From the NCBI RefSeq assembly GCF_006345805.1, contig NC_043002.1:68696001-68760000 (forward strand): a stretch of DNA of 64,000 nt. The letters are read 5' to 3'. Origin of the DNA: Octopus sinensis (Eukaryota). The position numbers and the translations under genes are program-made. The notes under the pieces were generated by a model, which was not told the origin of the DNA, made no database searches, and saw nothing but the letters and a program-made list of their open reading frames with translations. Shown one piece after another: positions 36,701 through 49,134 of the stretch; the first letter of the stretch is position 1; each line of letters begins with the position of its first letter.

Positions 36701-37309
36701 TTTTCCTTCGATTAATAATTTAATGTAAGGGATGAGAGCTGCACCCTTCCAGTGTTACAGACATTTCATCCTGTTACAGGTCAAACAACTGACAAGCAAA
36801 TCTGTGGTATTGAGCAGAATATTTGCTGTAGCCCATCTTTTATTATTATTGAGTGAGAGAGCAGTGCATGCCATCAAAGTGACACTGGGCTAAATTATAC
36901 GAATCCTAGTATACCCATCATGACTACCTGTCTGATAAGGGTACACTAGGCACATGCATAACAACCACATGTGCATGACATGACGATCTCATATCAAGAT
37001 AAACAACACATGACCTTGCAGGTGGGGCCCAGTTAGAATTTTCTTCTGGTCGAGTAGCCCATTCCACTCAAAAGGTCCCTGAATAAGGGTTATTTAAGGA
37101 TGTTTCCAGAGGTGAATTATTCAAACCCCAAAGAATCCCTCTCAACACATGGCTCTGATACTCCCCCACTACTTCTGCTTGTGATCAGAGATGAATATAT
37201 TCTCAGCCACTAAAGGACATGGTCAACTGGTTAAGGTCAAAGAACTGACAAGCAAATCTGTGGTATTGAGTAGAATATTTGCTGTAGCCCATCTTTTATT
37301 ATTATTATT

Positions 37310-38465
37310 ATTATTATTTTTATTAAAGCTAGTGAGCTGGCAGAATCAATAGCATGCTGGGAAAAAAGCTTAGCAGTATTTCATCTGCTGCTTCATTCTG
37401 AGTTCAAATTCTGCCAAGGTTGACTTTGCCTTTCATCCTTTCGGGGTCGATAAACTGAGTACCAGTTGCATACTGAGTTCGATCTAATCAACTGCCACCC
37501 CGTTCCCCCAAAACTTCAGGCCTTGTGCCTAGAGTAGAAAAAATAAATTGTTAGGGCAACGGACGCGTGGTTTCAATTCCCAGACCCGGTGTTGTGAGTG
37601 TTTATTGAGCGAAAACACCTAAAGCTCCACGAGGCTTTGGCAGGGGGTGGTGGCAAACCCTGCTGTACTCTTTCACCACAACTTTCTCTCACTCTTTCTT
37701 CCTGTTTCTGTTGTACCTGTATTTCAAAGGGCCAGCCTTGTCACACTCTATGTCACACTGAATCTCCTCGAGAACTATGTTAAGAGTACACGTGTCTCTG
37801 GAGTGCTATTCAGATCAACTGGAACACTTGTCATCATAACTGACGGAGTGCCATGATTATTATTATTATTATTATTATGATCATCATCATCATCATCATT
37901 ATTGTTATTATAAATGGTGGCAAGCAGCCAGAATCTTTATCATGTTGGACAAAATGCTTTGTGGTATTTTATCTGTCTTTACGTTCTGAGTTCAAATTCC
38001 GCTGAGGTCAACTTTGCCTTTCATCCTTTCAGGGTCAATGAAACACGCACTAGTTGAGCACTATAGCTGATGTAACTGATTTGCCATCTAACCCTGAAAC
38101 TGCTAGCCTTGTGCCAAAATTTGAAACCACTAAATATGTACCAGTCAAGTCAAGTACTTGGGTCAGTGTGACTGATCAGCTCCAACTCTCAAAATTTTTG
38201 GCCTTGTAGATAGAATTATTTCAAGTATCAATATTGAGATGCTGGAAGGTGGCAAGCTGAAAGAATTGTTAGCATACCAGGCAAAATGCTTCATGGCATT
38301 TCGTCTGTCTTTATGTTCTGAGTTCAAATTCTGCTGAGGTCAACTTTGCCTTTCATCCTTTCAGGGTCAATAAAAGTAAGTACCAGTTGAGTACTGGAGT
38401 CAATGTAATCGACTTACACCCTCCACTGAAATTACTAGCCTTGTACCAAAATTTGAAACCAATAT
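37310..38465 (+). mobile_element. Cluster of tRNA SINEs
   Basis: Three GAGTTCAAATTC...GCCTTTCATCC copies plus a headless Arg-type SINE at 37555-37850. Confidence 0.8.
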
Positions 38466-38886
38466 TGAGATGCTGGGTTCAAGAGACTACAATTACAAGC
38501 TATCAAAAGTATAGTCAAAATATGTAAGTCATTGAAGAAGTTTATCAACTAATAAGATTCATATATTAAATGGCACCTTATCTGCATCCATGATACACAT
38601 ATGTATATGTATCCATGTGTATATGTATATATAAGTATATGGATACAATAGTACATACCATATACCATATATGTATGCATATATTTTATTTAGCTGTGAA
38701 GTTACATAGCTGAGTCAAGGGCAGAGACTTTCATCCATTGCCTTATGCTCAGGGATGTATAGATAGCTCAATAGATAGATAAATGGAAAGATATACAAAC
38801 ACAACAATTACAGTGTGGAAGATGCATTATTAGCCATTCAAAAACAAACCAAAACTATTAATTTCATTTAAACATTTATTACTCAT

Positions 38887-38925
38887 TATCAAAATTTTCA
38901 TCGCACCAGTTGCAACTTGGTCACT
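38887..38925 (-). ncRNA. Variant hammerhead-like fold with G3:C8 core; stem I incomplete
   Basis: A GUGACCA A GUUGCA-ACUGG-UGCGAU GAAA AUUUU GAUA. Confidence 0.35.
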
Positions 38926-39339
38926 TGTGTCAGTCACATGGAAATTTTGACACCAAATAGTAGAAGTTTGAAATGAAGTTAACAAGTATTTGTGTGTTTT
39001 TTGAATGGTTAATATATATTTTCTATGCTGTAATTGTTTTGGTTTCAACACACAGTGTAAGACCAAATCACTTGCCACGCAAGTACACCTCAGAAATATA
39101 TAAATAGATTTATACATACATTCATATTTTCAGTTGGGAAATTCAATATCATGTCCATTTTACTACAAGTAACATTCAGTTTCTGAACTCGAAATGTAAA
39201 GTACTTTTTATTGATTAATCTCTTCTTTGGACAAAACAACAAATAATTGCCATTAAATAAATCCATATATAATACAGATACAGTGTAATTGTGTCACAGG
39301 GTGTGCTGAAACTTTCTTGACACTTCATAATGGAAAGTA

Positions 39340-39377
<38 letters not shown>

Positions 39378-39406
39378 TATATATATATATTAATGTATAT
39401 ATATAT

Positions 39407-39708
39407 TAAGCTTTGAGCTTAATGGTTCAGAGCACCACAACATGTAATCATGGAGGTGTGAGTTCGAGTCTCACAGCCAGCTGCCTATTTCTGCAAAATA
39501 GGGGTAGCTTATCCTGTTCAGGCTATATATCATCATCATTTAACGTCCATTTTCCGTGCTAGCACGGGTTGAACGGTTCGACCGGGGTCTGTGAAGCCAG
39601 GAGGCTGCACCAGGCTCCAGTCTGATGTGGCAGTGTTTCTACAGCTGGATGCCCTTCCTAACGCCAACCACTCCGTGAGTGTAGTGGGTGCTTTTTACAT
39701 GCCACTGG

Positions 39709-39748
<40 letters not shown>

Positions 39749-40161
39749 CATCATACATACATACATACATATATATATATATATAATACAAAATGGGACA
39801 AGAATACAAAACATCCAGACAACTAGGTGATATAAAAAGGGACAACAAAACATCCAGGTAGCTGATACAAAAAAACAAGGACGGGTCATTCGAAGCTATC
39901 CTGAGTCAAGAACCGGATTAGCCTGAACAGGATAAGCTACCCCTATTTTGCAGAAAAATGTGTTGGCAGCCGGCTATGAGACTCGAACTCACACCTCTGT
40001 GATTACACATTGTGGTGCTCTGAACCATTAAGCTTAAAGCTCAATAGCTTAATGGTTCAGAGCACCATGATGCGTAATCACAGAGATGTGAGTTCAAGTC
40101 TCATAGCCATCTGCCAACACTATTGCCTGCAAAATAGGGGTAGCTTATCCTGTTCAGGCTA
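39407..40161. mobile_element. Three tRNA-Thr-like short elements (+, -, +)
   Basis: AGCTTAATGGTTCAGAGC...YGTAAT...GAGTTCRAGTCTC at 39407-39525 (+), 39919-40041 (-) and 40045-40161 (+); an RTE tail (39530-39715) lies between the first two. Confidence 0.7.
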
Positions 40162-40379
40162 TATTATTAGCATTGTCTTGCGTTTGAGAATTTAAAATCA
40201 CTTCTGTAACTTTCTCAGACATCTCAATACTTCTAAAGCAAACTTCGTTTGTTTGTTTACGTTCATCGATATATATATATATATATTATATATATATATT
40301 TGTGTGTGTGTGTGTGTGAGTGTGTGCATGTATGCGTATACACACATATATTTATATATATATATGTGGATTTGCAAGC

Positions 40380-41129
40380 ATAGCTGGAGGTGAGGTGAAT
40401 GGTTTCACAGATAGGTTCATGTTTACTGATAAAACTTTCACCAAAGTGGCAAAGTGAACAGGCAAAAATTTGAGATTTTGGGACATGGCAAATCCGCATT
40501 TTGTACTGGATTGTGAACATAATTCTCTAAAGGTAACTGTTTTCGGTGCTACCTGGGCCTTTCTTCGTCATGGAGTCCACTGTTATAGGGCACACCTACC
40601 TTGACATGTTGTTTATTTGGTTGTTGCCCTAGGTGCAAGAAACGGTATTTGGCATCATTATGCAGCATGATGGAGCTCCACCATATTGGCATAGACACGT
40701 ACGCAATTACTTAACAAGCATCTTCTAAAATGCTGGATTGGACGTGCTTGGGTGAATGGTTTGCCATTGATGGTCTGCACCCTAGCCCAGGTCCTCCAAC
40801 CTAATGCTTTGCAGATTTTTCCTTTGGAGTTATCTAGAAGACAACATGTCCATACCCCTACTTCTACAGCACTTACAGGAGTTAAAGCAGTGGACAGGTG
40901 ATGCAATTGGTTCAACTGATCAAGCTATGCTGGCACAGGTGTGGTAAGAACTAGACTTTAATGTAGACATCTGCCATGTGGCAAAAGTCACCCACATTGA
41001 ACATCTGTGACTGTCAGCAGAAACTTGAGTTAACCTTTCATGTAAAATCTGTATTTTTGCAATATATTCATTACAATTCCCACATGTATATTTTCCTTTT
41101 GTACCATTTATTTTGAATTACCCTGTGTA
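40380..41129 (+). mobile_element. Degenerate Tc1/mariner-superfamily transposase
   Basis: QHDGAPPYWHRHVRNYL, CWIGRA, DFFLWSYL, ELDFNVDICHV; TIR-like end TTTTGAATTACCCTG then TGTATA. Confidence 0.8.
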
Positions 41130-43355
41130 TACACACACACGTACATATACACACACATATATAAATACATATATGAATTTATCTATCCATGTGTGTGTGT
41201 GTATGCATACATATGCACACACATATATCTAGGTACATAAACAATCAAATAAATAGACAAGACAGACAGATAGATAGATAACTCAAAGGCAAAACAGCCC
41301 ACAACCTTTTGTTGAAGTTCTTCTGAATTAGAGATTCAAAATCAATGTAAAGATGCAATTTTATCCAAGAAGGAATAAATAGATTGCTAGTCTTGGTCAT
41401 AACACTCAATGCACACATATTTATACACATATATAAATACACATTCATACAGTCACACACATTGACACATTGCTGCACAAGCCAACAAAGGACACTCTAT
41501 ATGTCCACTAGATCTGCTAGAACTAGATCTGCTAGAACTAGATCTGCTAAATTTTCTTAAAATCACATTAGTTGTCTTAAAAGGACACATCAAACGATGG
41601 AACACCAAATATACTGTCTGTAGGAAGAGCAGGAGAATCAGATCTAAAATGTTTTTGGTCATGGGTCTGAGAAAATGAGATTAGTTGGAATATGAGGTAA
41701 GGTGAAACACCTCTTTTCAGCAGAAACAAGGAACCTGATGAAGAGTGTGCGACCATCTTATTAAAGTTTCTTGCTTCTTGTACTACCTTTCTGTTAAGAA
41801 ATTAATGCAGAAAGTTTCCTTGCAAACTTTTCTGTATTTTTCACATTATATAGTAAAAGCTTTACATGTTCGACATATTTAGTGTGTTTAGTAAATAGAA
41901 GAGTCGGGAATGAGAAGATACCTGTCCTTTTATTAAAGCTAGTCCAACAAAAAGAAGTGGCAGAAGAAAGCCTGAGAGAGCTTGAATCTACACTGACTTT
42001 CTTCAGTGTTGTGAAAGAGCACATCTGGCCTAGAGAAGGAACAAGAAATCATATGGTGGTGGAAGAAACCAAAAACTGCAAGGAAATTTCAATATGAGCA
42101 AGCCTCAAAAATACAGGTATATGGAGATCCCTCAACACTAGAATAGCTAGAATGTGTGCCTCCTGGGGTGGCCCTTCCTTTTACCACTCCCTGACCACAC
42201 AAAAAAAACACATATTGCCTACAAGATGAAAAGTGCCGCCTCGGAAGGATCGCCTCTACCCCCCCCCCCCCCCCCCAGCTATTCTAGTGCCCTTCAAATG
42301 CAGTGGTAAAGGACACAGTTCCAGCGTATTTTTCAAGGAAGAAAAAGGTGTACTATTATTTTGCAATAGTTGGTGACGAACTGACAACATCGTTAACACA
42401 CAGGACAAAATGCTTAGTGGCATTTCGTCCGTCTTTACTTTCTGAGCATAAATGCTGCCAAAGTCGACTTTGCCTTTCATTCTTTCACGATCAGAGAAAT
42501 AAAAATCAGTTGAGCATTAGGATCGATATAATCGATTAGCTTCTCTCCCAAAATTTCAGACCTTATACCAATAGGAAAAAAAATTGTGTTACAATGGTGA
42601 AGAACTGAATGTAGCTGATGAGGTAACAAATAAAATTTTGAAACGTATTTCAAATAAATATTCTGCATGCTCTGAATCTACAGTACTAGAAAATGTTAAA
42701 ATATGCGTATACAGGCGTGAGGACAATGTATACATTCTGTCTGCTCTGCACAACAGCAGAAGAACAGGGTGTTGTCAACAGAAATTATGTAAATACAAGC
42801 TAGAGTAAATAGAAAAACACATTGTGAATCAATAATTTTTTTTATACAACAAATCGAAAAGACAATAATAGGTAGTTGAAATTACCTGATCAAAATACGG
42901 TTATTGTTATTAAAAACTGAAAGGATACCAATATAATTCTTTGATTGCCCTATAATTATTGGTGCTATTACATTATTTTCCAACCTACCCCACTGTGGGT
43001 AGATTGGAAACTGTCCCTCCTTGCATTTTGCAACTAACCTCACAGTAGGGCAATTGGGAACGTTTACCCATTTTTTTTCTCAGGAATCTCCTGCAAGCCT
43101 CTGTTGAACGTGTCTGTTAAGTTTGTAGTTCACATGTATAAAACAGATGACGTTGAAGATTCATCAGTATAAATCATAAGCTAATGTCTTCCGACTAACC
43201 CACCACTTTCCTTCAGATTGTCTGAAGCATCTGTGCAGTTGTTTGAACTGCTAGAAAGAATAGTTCTTAAAATGCAGCCTACTATTTTGAAACAGTAAAA
43301 CACACACACACTCACACAGCCCTTAAAATGAAGCCTACCATTTTAAAACCGTAAA

Positions 43356-43389
<34 letters not shown>

Positions 43390-43699
43390 GTACACAGTGG
43401 ATGATCATGTTTACACTAATGATAAAAACGAAAATGATGGGATGGCCACAGCCGTACTATCTTAGTTTGTGGTTTCCCCTCTACACGCAGAAAACCTAAA
43501 GCCTCTGTGCAGTTGCTTGAAGTGCAAGAAAGAATAGCTTTTAAAACATAAAATAAGATATAAAGAAAGCACACTGGATAATCCTAGATACACTGTGTAT
43601 AAAATCGAAAGAGATGGGATGATCACAGCTGGAGGGTCTTTGATCGTCGGCTTGCTCAATGTCAAAGCTGACCTGGTTATCAACAACGACTACAACAAC

Positions 43700-44150
43700 A
43701 ACAACCACGTCGACGGTAAAGAAAGCCTATCAATAAATAGTGCCCGACAAAGAAGTAGACTTTTGGCGGCAACGGAGCATTGCTGTAGGTATTTTGAGAA
43801 TGTTGATCAACAAGGTGAACTGAGAACACAGACAGACACACATACGTAAGTGTGTGAAACACCGGCCTGACCAGAAATAGTTGTAGTAACATTGACACAG
43901 AAAGATGTGATGCATCTGACGTGGTTGTAGTTGGCTGCACTGTCTGTCTGCTACTTAATTATCTATGGCTGCACTTAAGGTGTACAGCGTATATGTGCAT
44001 ATATTGATGGATTTAGGGTTGTGTCAGCGTGCACATGTGTGTGTGTGGGTGTATGTCGGTATGTAATAAATCAGGGCAGAAATGGGTAGGCAGAGGGGGG
44101 CGGGGGGGTCAGCATCGTGCAGGATTTGATTAAATCTATTTTTTTTAAAT
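43700..44150. promoter_or_regulatory. Promoter/first-exon-like unique patch
   Basis: Locally CpG-enriched non-repeat sequence; GC box GGGGGGCGGGGGG at ~44095-44108; ACATACGTAAGT gives a donor-like site on both strands at ~43845. Confidence 0.25.
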
Positions 44151-44495
44151 ATATATATATGTAATAAATTCTTCTCGCTCTGCTGATGGCTTCAGTTGGC
44201 TGTAAATTCTATTACGTAAAACCGATAACTCCAAATATGTAATCCAGATTTTTTTTTACTTGAAATACACATATATGCGTGGACGCAACACCATACACAA
44301 ACACATACATCCATGCACACATACATACATACATACATACATACATACATACATACATACATACATACATACATACATACATACATGCATGCACGCATGC
44401 ATACACACACATACACACAAATGTGTGTGTATATGTATACATATATATTCATATATGTGTGTATGTGTGTATATATATATATATAAATATATATG

Positions 44496-44548
<53 letters not shown>

Positions 44549-44608
44549 ATATACATATATATACTTATACATACACACACAAACGGACACACTAACATTG
44601 TGTGTATG

Positions 44609-44642
<34 letters not shown>

Positions 44643-44690
44643 TGTATGTGCATGTATTTATATATATATATATATGTAAGTATGTATGAT
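44140..44690. repeat. Compound (CATA)n/(TA)n/(TATG)n microsatellite
   Basis: Directly visible. Confidence 0.9.
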
Positions 44691-44879
44691 TATAGCAGTG
44701 GCATTTTTGTTATTGTTGTTGTTGATAAGCAATTTATTGTTACAGTATACTTGATTACATAAATATTCCACATTAAAATACAAATCCAAAAGAGAAGAAA
44801 ATATAACCATGAATGAAGAAAAAAAAATGCTGTACTCTACCTCTATTAAATGGCTTTGATTTTTAACATTGCATCATCG

Positions 44880-44912
<33 letters not shown>

Positions 44913-46320
44913 GTATTTAATGTTTGATTTTCATTCTCTCATGCGCTCAGTTATTTGGCTGGATTCAACGAGTCGGAGGACCTCGTACTGCAGTGTCCAG
45001 TTTTGGCATAGCGTCTATGGAATGATGTCCTTCCTGATGTCAACTACTTTTCAGAGTATATTGGATGCCCTTTTTGTGGGACTATTACTGGTGAAATTGC
45101 CTTGCAACTTGCAAGACTAAAGGGCCTAGCATAGGAGAGAGAGACAGAGACAGAGAGGGAGAGAGAGTAATGGTATATGATTGCATATATATAATAATTT
45201 TTTCAAATTTTTGCTACATGGGCAGCTTGGGGGAGGTGGAGCTGAGAAATTATTTTATCAACCATGAAAGGATGAAAGGCAAAGTTGACCATGGTGGAAT
45301 TTGAACTCACAATGTAGTGACGGGCGAAATACCGCTAAGCATTTTGTCCAGCATACTGACAGTTCAGCCAGCTTGCTGCCTTGTATATATATATATATAT
45401 ATAATATATATAATATATATATATACACACACATTCACACACACACACATACATATATATACACATGAATATTGAATTGTGTTGAGCAAATGAGAGAGGT
45501 GTCATGTAGAGAATATGGTTTCTGGAATTTGAATTTTTATCATGCAACTCGTGTATCACATGACTGCAATCTTCAGGCAAGAACTATTACAACTCAGTCA
45601 CTGCAGTTTATCATGGAGAAAAAATACTCACTTAAGATAAAAAGGTGTTGAAAACATTTTGATAAAGGACGCTTTGTTTTTGAAGACAGTCCAGAATTGC
45701 ATTTCATGGTATCTGGTGCTGAAGAGAATTAATGAGATCAGAATGCATCCTTTAGTTCTATAGAGAATGCTCTGAACTGACAATGGTATTTTCACACCTC
45801 CTTTTCTTAACCATATTTTTCTCTTTAATAAACTGCAATGAAAAGCCTTTACAGGTTCAAATATCTCACAAGCATATTTGTACTGGTCTTGAGTTTATAT
45901 ATGTGTGTGTGTATGTGTATGTGTAAAGGAAATTTGGACAGTTCATTATGGAACATGTATTGTTGGAATTGTTGGTTTTCAGGTGTGTGTATGTGTGTGT
46001 ACTGTGTGTTTCTGTCTTGGAAAGTTTCTGTGGTAGAAGGAGTTATAGTGTTTTTCAGCTTGTCTGTCTTGTTATCCTCTTGCCTTATAGATTATTCTTG
46101 TTTGTAAACAGTTTCCACATAATGGATATGTCCTTGTTCTGGTACTGTTGTGTGAGTATGCAAGTGTGCATTATGTGTTCTTTTGTATGTTGTATTTTTG
46201 TGTTTGTATGGTGTGTTTTATGGATTTATTTGTTTTTTTTTTCTTTCTTGAGCTGCTGAAACTAACACAAAATTTGCTGCAGGTGCACAAAAGACATAAT
46301 ATTACTAAACAAAAACATAC

Positions 46321-46390
46321 CAAAAGAACATGCAACATGTGCCTGGAAACTCATGTAGCTACGCAAGATGAAGGTCACTGTGTCATAAAC
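46321..46390 (-). other. Candidate internal exon (VYDTVTFILRSYMSFQAHVACSF)
   Basis: Acceptor ttgttttcaatcttcag, donor TTG|gtatgt, one open frame; no protein recognised. Confidence 0.25.
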
Positions 46391-46776
46391 CTGAAGATTG
46401 AAAACAACAATTCAGTTTCATTAAGCTATGTCGTCATCGTCGCTGACATTGTTGTCATCGTCACCACCACCACTACCATCATCATCATCATTGCTGCCAA
46501 CACCACTCTCCTTCACCCCCCCCACTCATCATCATCATTTAACATTCACTTTTCAATGCTTGCATGAGTCAGATGGAATTTGTCGAGGCAGATATTCAAT
46601 GGTGAGATGCCTTTCTTGTCACTACCTCTCACTAGTTTCCCAGCAAGATGATATTTTCCCCTGGCCAGACAGTTTCCATGGAGAACTGGAAATGAACACC
46701 TATGCTTGTATGACAATGACGCTCCTTAACAACTATCACTTGATGATGTCCAGACAACAGTACACACCGCACCATG

Positions 46777-46811
<35 letters not shown>

Positions 46812-47615
46812 GCACAATGGTAGACTTCTTTCAGCGCCCTTCTACCAAATCCACTCACAAGGCTTCACTTGCCTTGGGTTATTGTTGAAGATATTTGCCC
46901 AAGGATTCACACTGGTGGGTCTGAACCTTGTGGACATAATGTCCAAGGTACAATCCCTCACTGTGACATCTTGTGCAAATGTCATTTTCTATAGCCCCAG
47001 GCTAATCCTCGTACCCTGAGAGTGCAATTGGGGAGATGGAAACTATGTTGAAGTTCATGGGTTTCTATAAGCATTGAAAGTGGCCTTGAAATGATGATGC
47101 TATGTATATGAATATGTATTTATATGTATATAGTGTATGTACATCAATACAGGCAAGAAGTGCAAAACAGTACTGAATGTCAAGCAGCAAAAGTTAATTA
47201 TAGTTTATAACAGATGACACATCACTTCCTCTTTCACAACTCTGATCATCAGACTGAAGTGCGTGTGTGTGTGTGTGCATGTGTATATATTCTGTTCTTT
47301 CATTTGTTTGCTTGTTTCTTTTGACAGTGGCCATACTGGAGCAACACCTTAAAGGGTTTTCTAGTTGAAAAAGTCAACCCCAGAACTTATTCTTTGTAAG
47401 CCTAGAACTTATTCTATTGGTCTCTTTTGCTAAACTGCTAAGTTGCAGGGACATAAATACACCAAGATGGGTCGTTAAGAGATAGTGCGGGGATAAACAT
47501 AGACACAAAGACACACACATAAATATACACATATTCATATATATATATGCGTATGTGTAAATATATATATATATGTGTGTGCGTGTGTGTGTGTGTGTAT
47601 GTATGTATGTATACA

Positions 47616-47651
<36 letters not shown>

Positions 47652-47809
47652 CACATACATGACGTGCTTCTTTCAGTTTCCATCTACCAAATCCACTCAC
47701 AAGGCTATAGTAGAAGACACTTGCCCAAGGTACCATGCTGTAGGACTGAACCCAGAACCATGTGGCTGGGCAGCAAGCTTCTACCACACAGCGATATTAT
47801 TAATTTGTG

Positions 47810-48260
47810 ACTGTTGATGATGACCAAGGACATTACATGGGACAAAAAGAAGGATCATGCTGGACTGGCTGAGACTGATCAGTCTAATGCATACTCTCAA
47901 AGCTCCCTCGCAGGTCAGGCACTGGTGCTCTACTGGGTCTGAAGGTGAGGAGTTGGCTCTGGATTTGTGCAGTTTGTGTTCTCTTTGTGCTCCTGCAATC
48001 TTGTTATGTTTGTAGAAGGTGGCACCTATATTGGGGTAGCATCACCTGGCAGGGCAATCTGGCACTTGCATTTCCCATTTCTTGTGGTTGATCTCAAAGC
48101 TCTTCAGCAAGGTTTTGAGTGTACCCTTGAAGTATTTTTCCCATCCAACTTGTGTGCACTTTCCTTCTGCTAGTTCACTGTAAAGCAGTCTTTTGAGGAG
48201 TCATGTGTCAGGCTTTCAACAAGGTGGCCTGTCCACCTCACTTGCTCTCTCCTCAGCAGT
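47810..48260 (-). mobile_element. Degenerate RTE (BovB-like) LINE 3' end
   Basis: RWTGHLV...KRLLYSELAEGK...KYFKGTLKTLLKSFEI..KWE, followed by a degenerate C-terminal Cys/His region. Confidence 0.75.
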
Positions 48261-48515
48261 GTGTATATATCAATCAAAGTGCATAGTATCATATATCTGT
48301 TATGGTTGCATACTATTACTTAACCGTACTGTTATCTAACATCCAGTTTAATACTCAATGCAAAATCAATAAGCATGATTGGCTGTAACAGATCTTTATA
48401 ACTGTGTGCTTTGATTAGTATACAGTGTGGTATAAAAAAGTCTCTGGACTAGTCACGTTCAATAAAAAATGACTTCTATATTTACAGTTCTATATTTAAG
48501 AGATGAGGAATTCTG

Positions 48516-48765
48516 TATATTATTTACATTATTTAATTTTCGATGGATATTTGTCCTCATCTTGTATCTTGTTAACACAACATTTTGGCTGATATACCCT
48601 CCAGCCTTATTCAGGTGTCTTGGGGAAATACCTTTGGAATGAGAACCCAGGTTCAAAATTTCCCCAAGACACCTGAAGAAGGCTGGAGGATATATCAGCC
48701 GAAACGTGTTAACAACAAACAAGATGAGGACAAATATCCGTCAAATGTAAATAATGTAAAATATA
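48516..48765. mobile_element. PLE-type palindrome with ~110-bp arms
   Basis: Arms ~48516-48628 and ~48659-48765; each carries a damaged hammerhead. Confidence 0.75.
48669..48710 (+). ncRNA. Hammerhead fold with CUGAAGA core; cleavage-site region deleted
   Basis: ACAC CUGAAGA A GGCUG-10 nt-CAGCC GAAA CGUGUU; the opposite arm keeps UGUU GUGU but has a mutated core. Confidence 0.5.
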
Positions 48766-48769
48766 ACTT

Positions 48770-49130
48770 ATTTACCTAAGTTTTAACATCATCTCCTTCA
48801 AAATAGTCACCTTGCACAGCAATACACCGGTCCCAGCATTCCTGCCACTTTTGGAATCTGGCCTGAAAGTCTTTTTCTGTGAGTCAAGGACCTTCTGAAA
48901 TGTATTCTGGATCTCAACAACGATGTTAAAACAGTGACATTTGAGTTGCATTTTCATCATGGGGAAGAAATGGAAGTCCACAGATGCTAAATCTGGAGAA
49001 TAGGGTGGGTGTGGGAGATATACTATGTTGTTTTTGGCAAGAAACTCATGAGTGAATAGAGCTCAGTGACAGAGTGCACTGTTGTTGTGAAGAATCTAAT
49101 TCTTTATGCTCCACAGATCCAGTCACTTTC
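48770..49130 (-). mobile_element. Mariner C-terminal remnant
   Basis: Minus strand reads FQKWQECWDRCIAVQGDYFEGD. Confidence 0.7.
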
Positions 49131-49134
49131 ACCC

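Noticed and set aside
41794-42110. 70-76-aa ORFs on both strands
   Set aside because: No recognisable domain or consistent splice sites; probably an eroded repeat.
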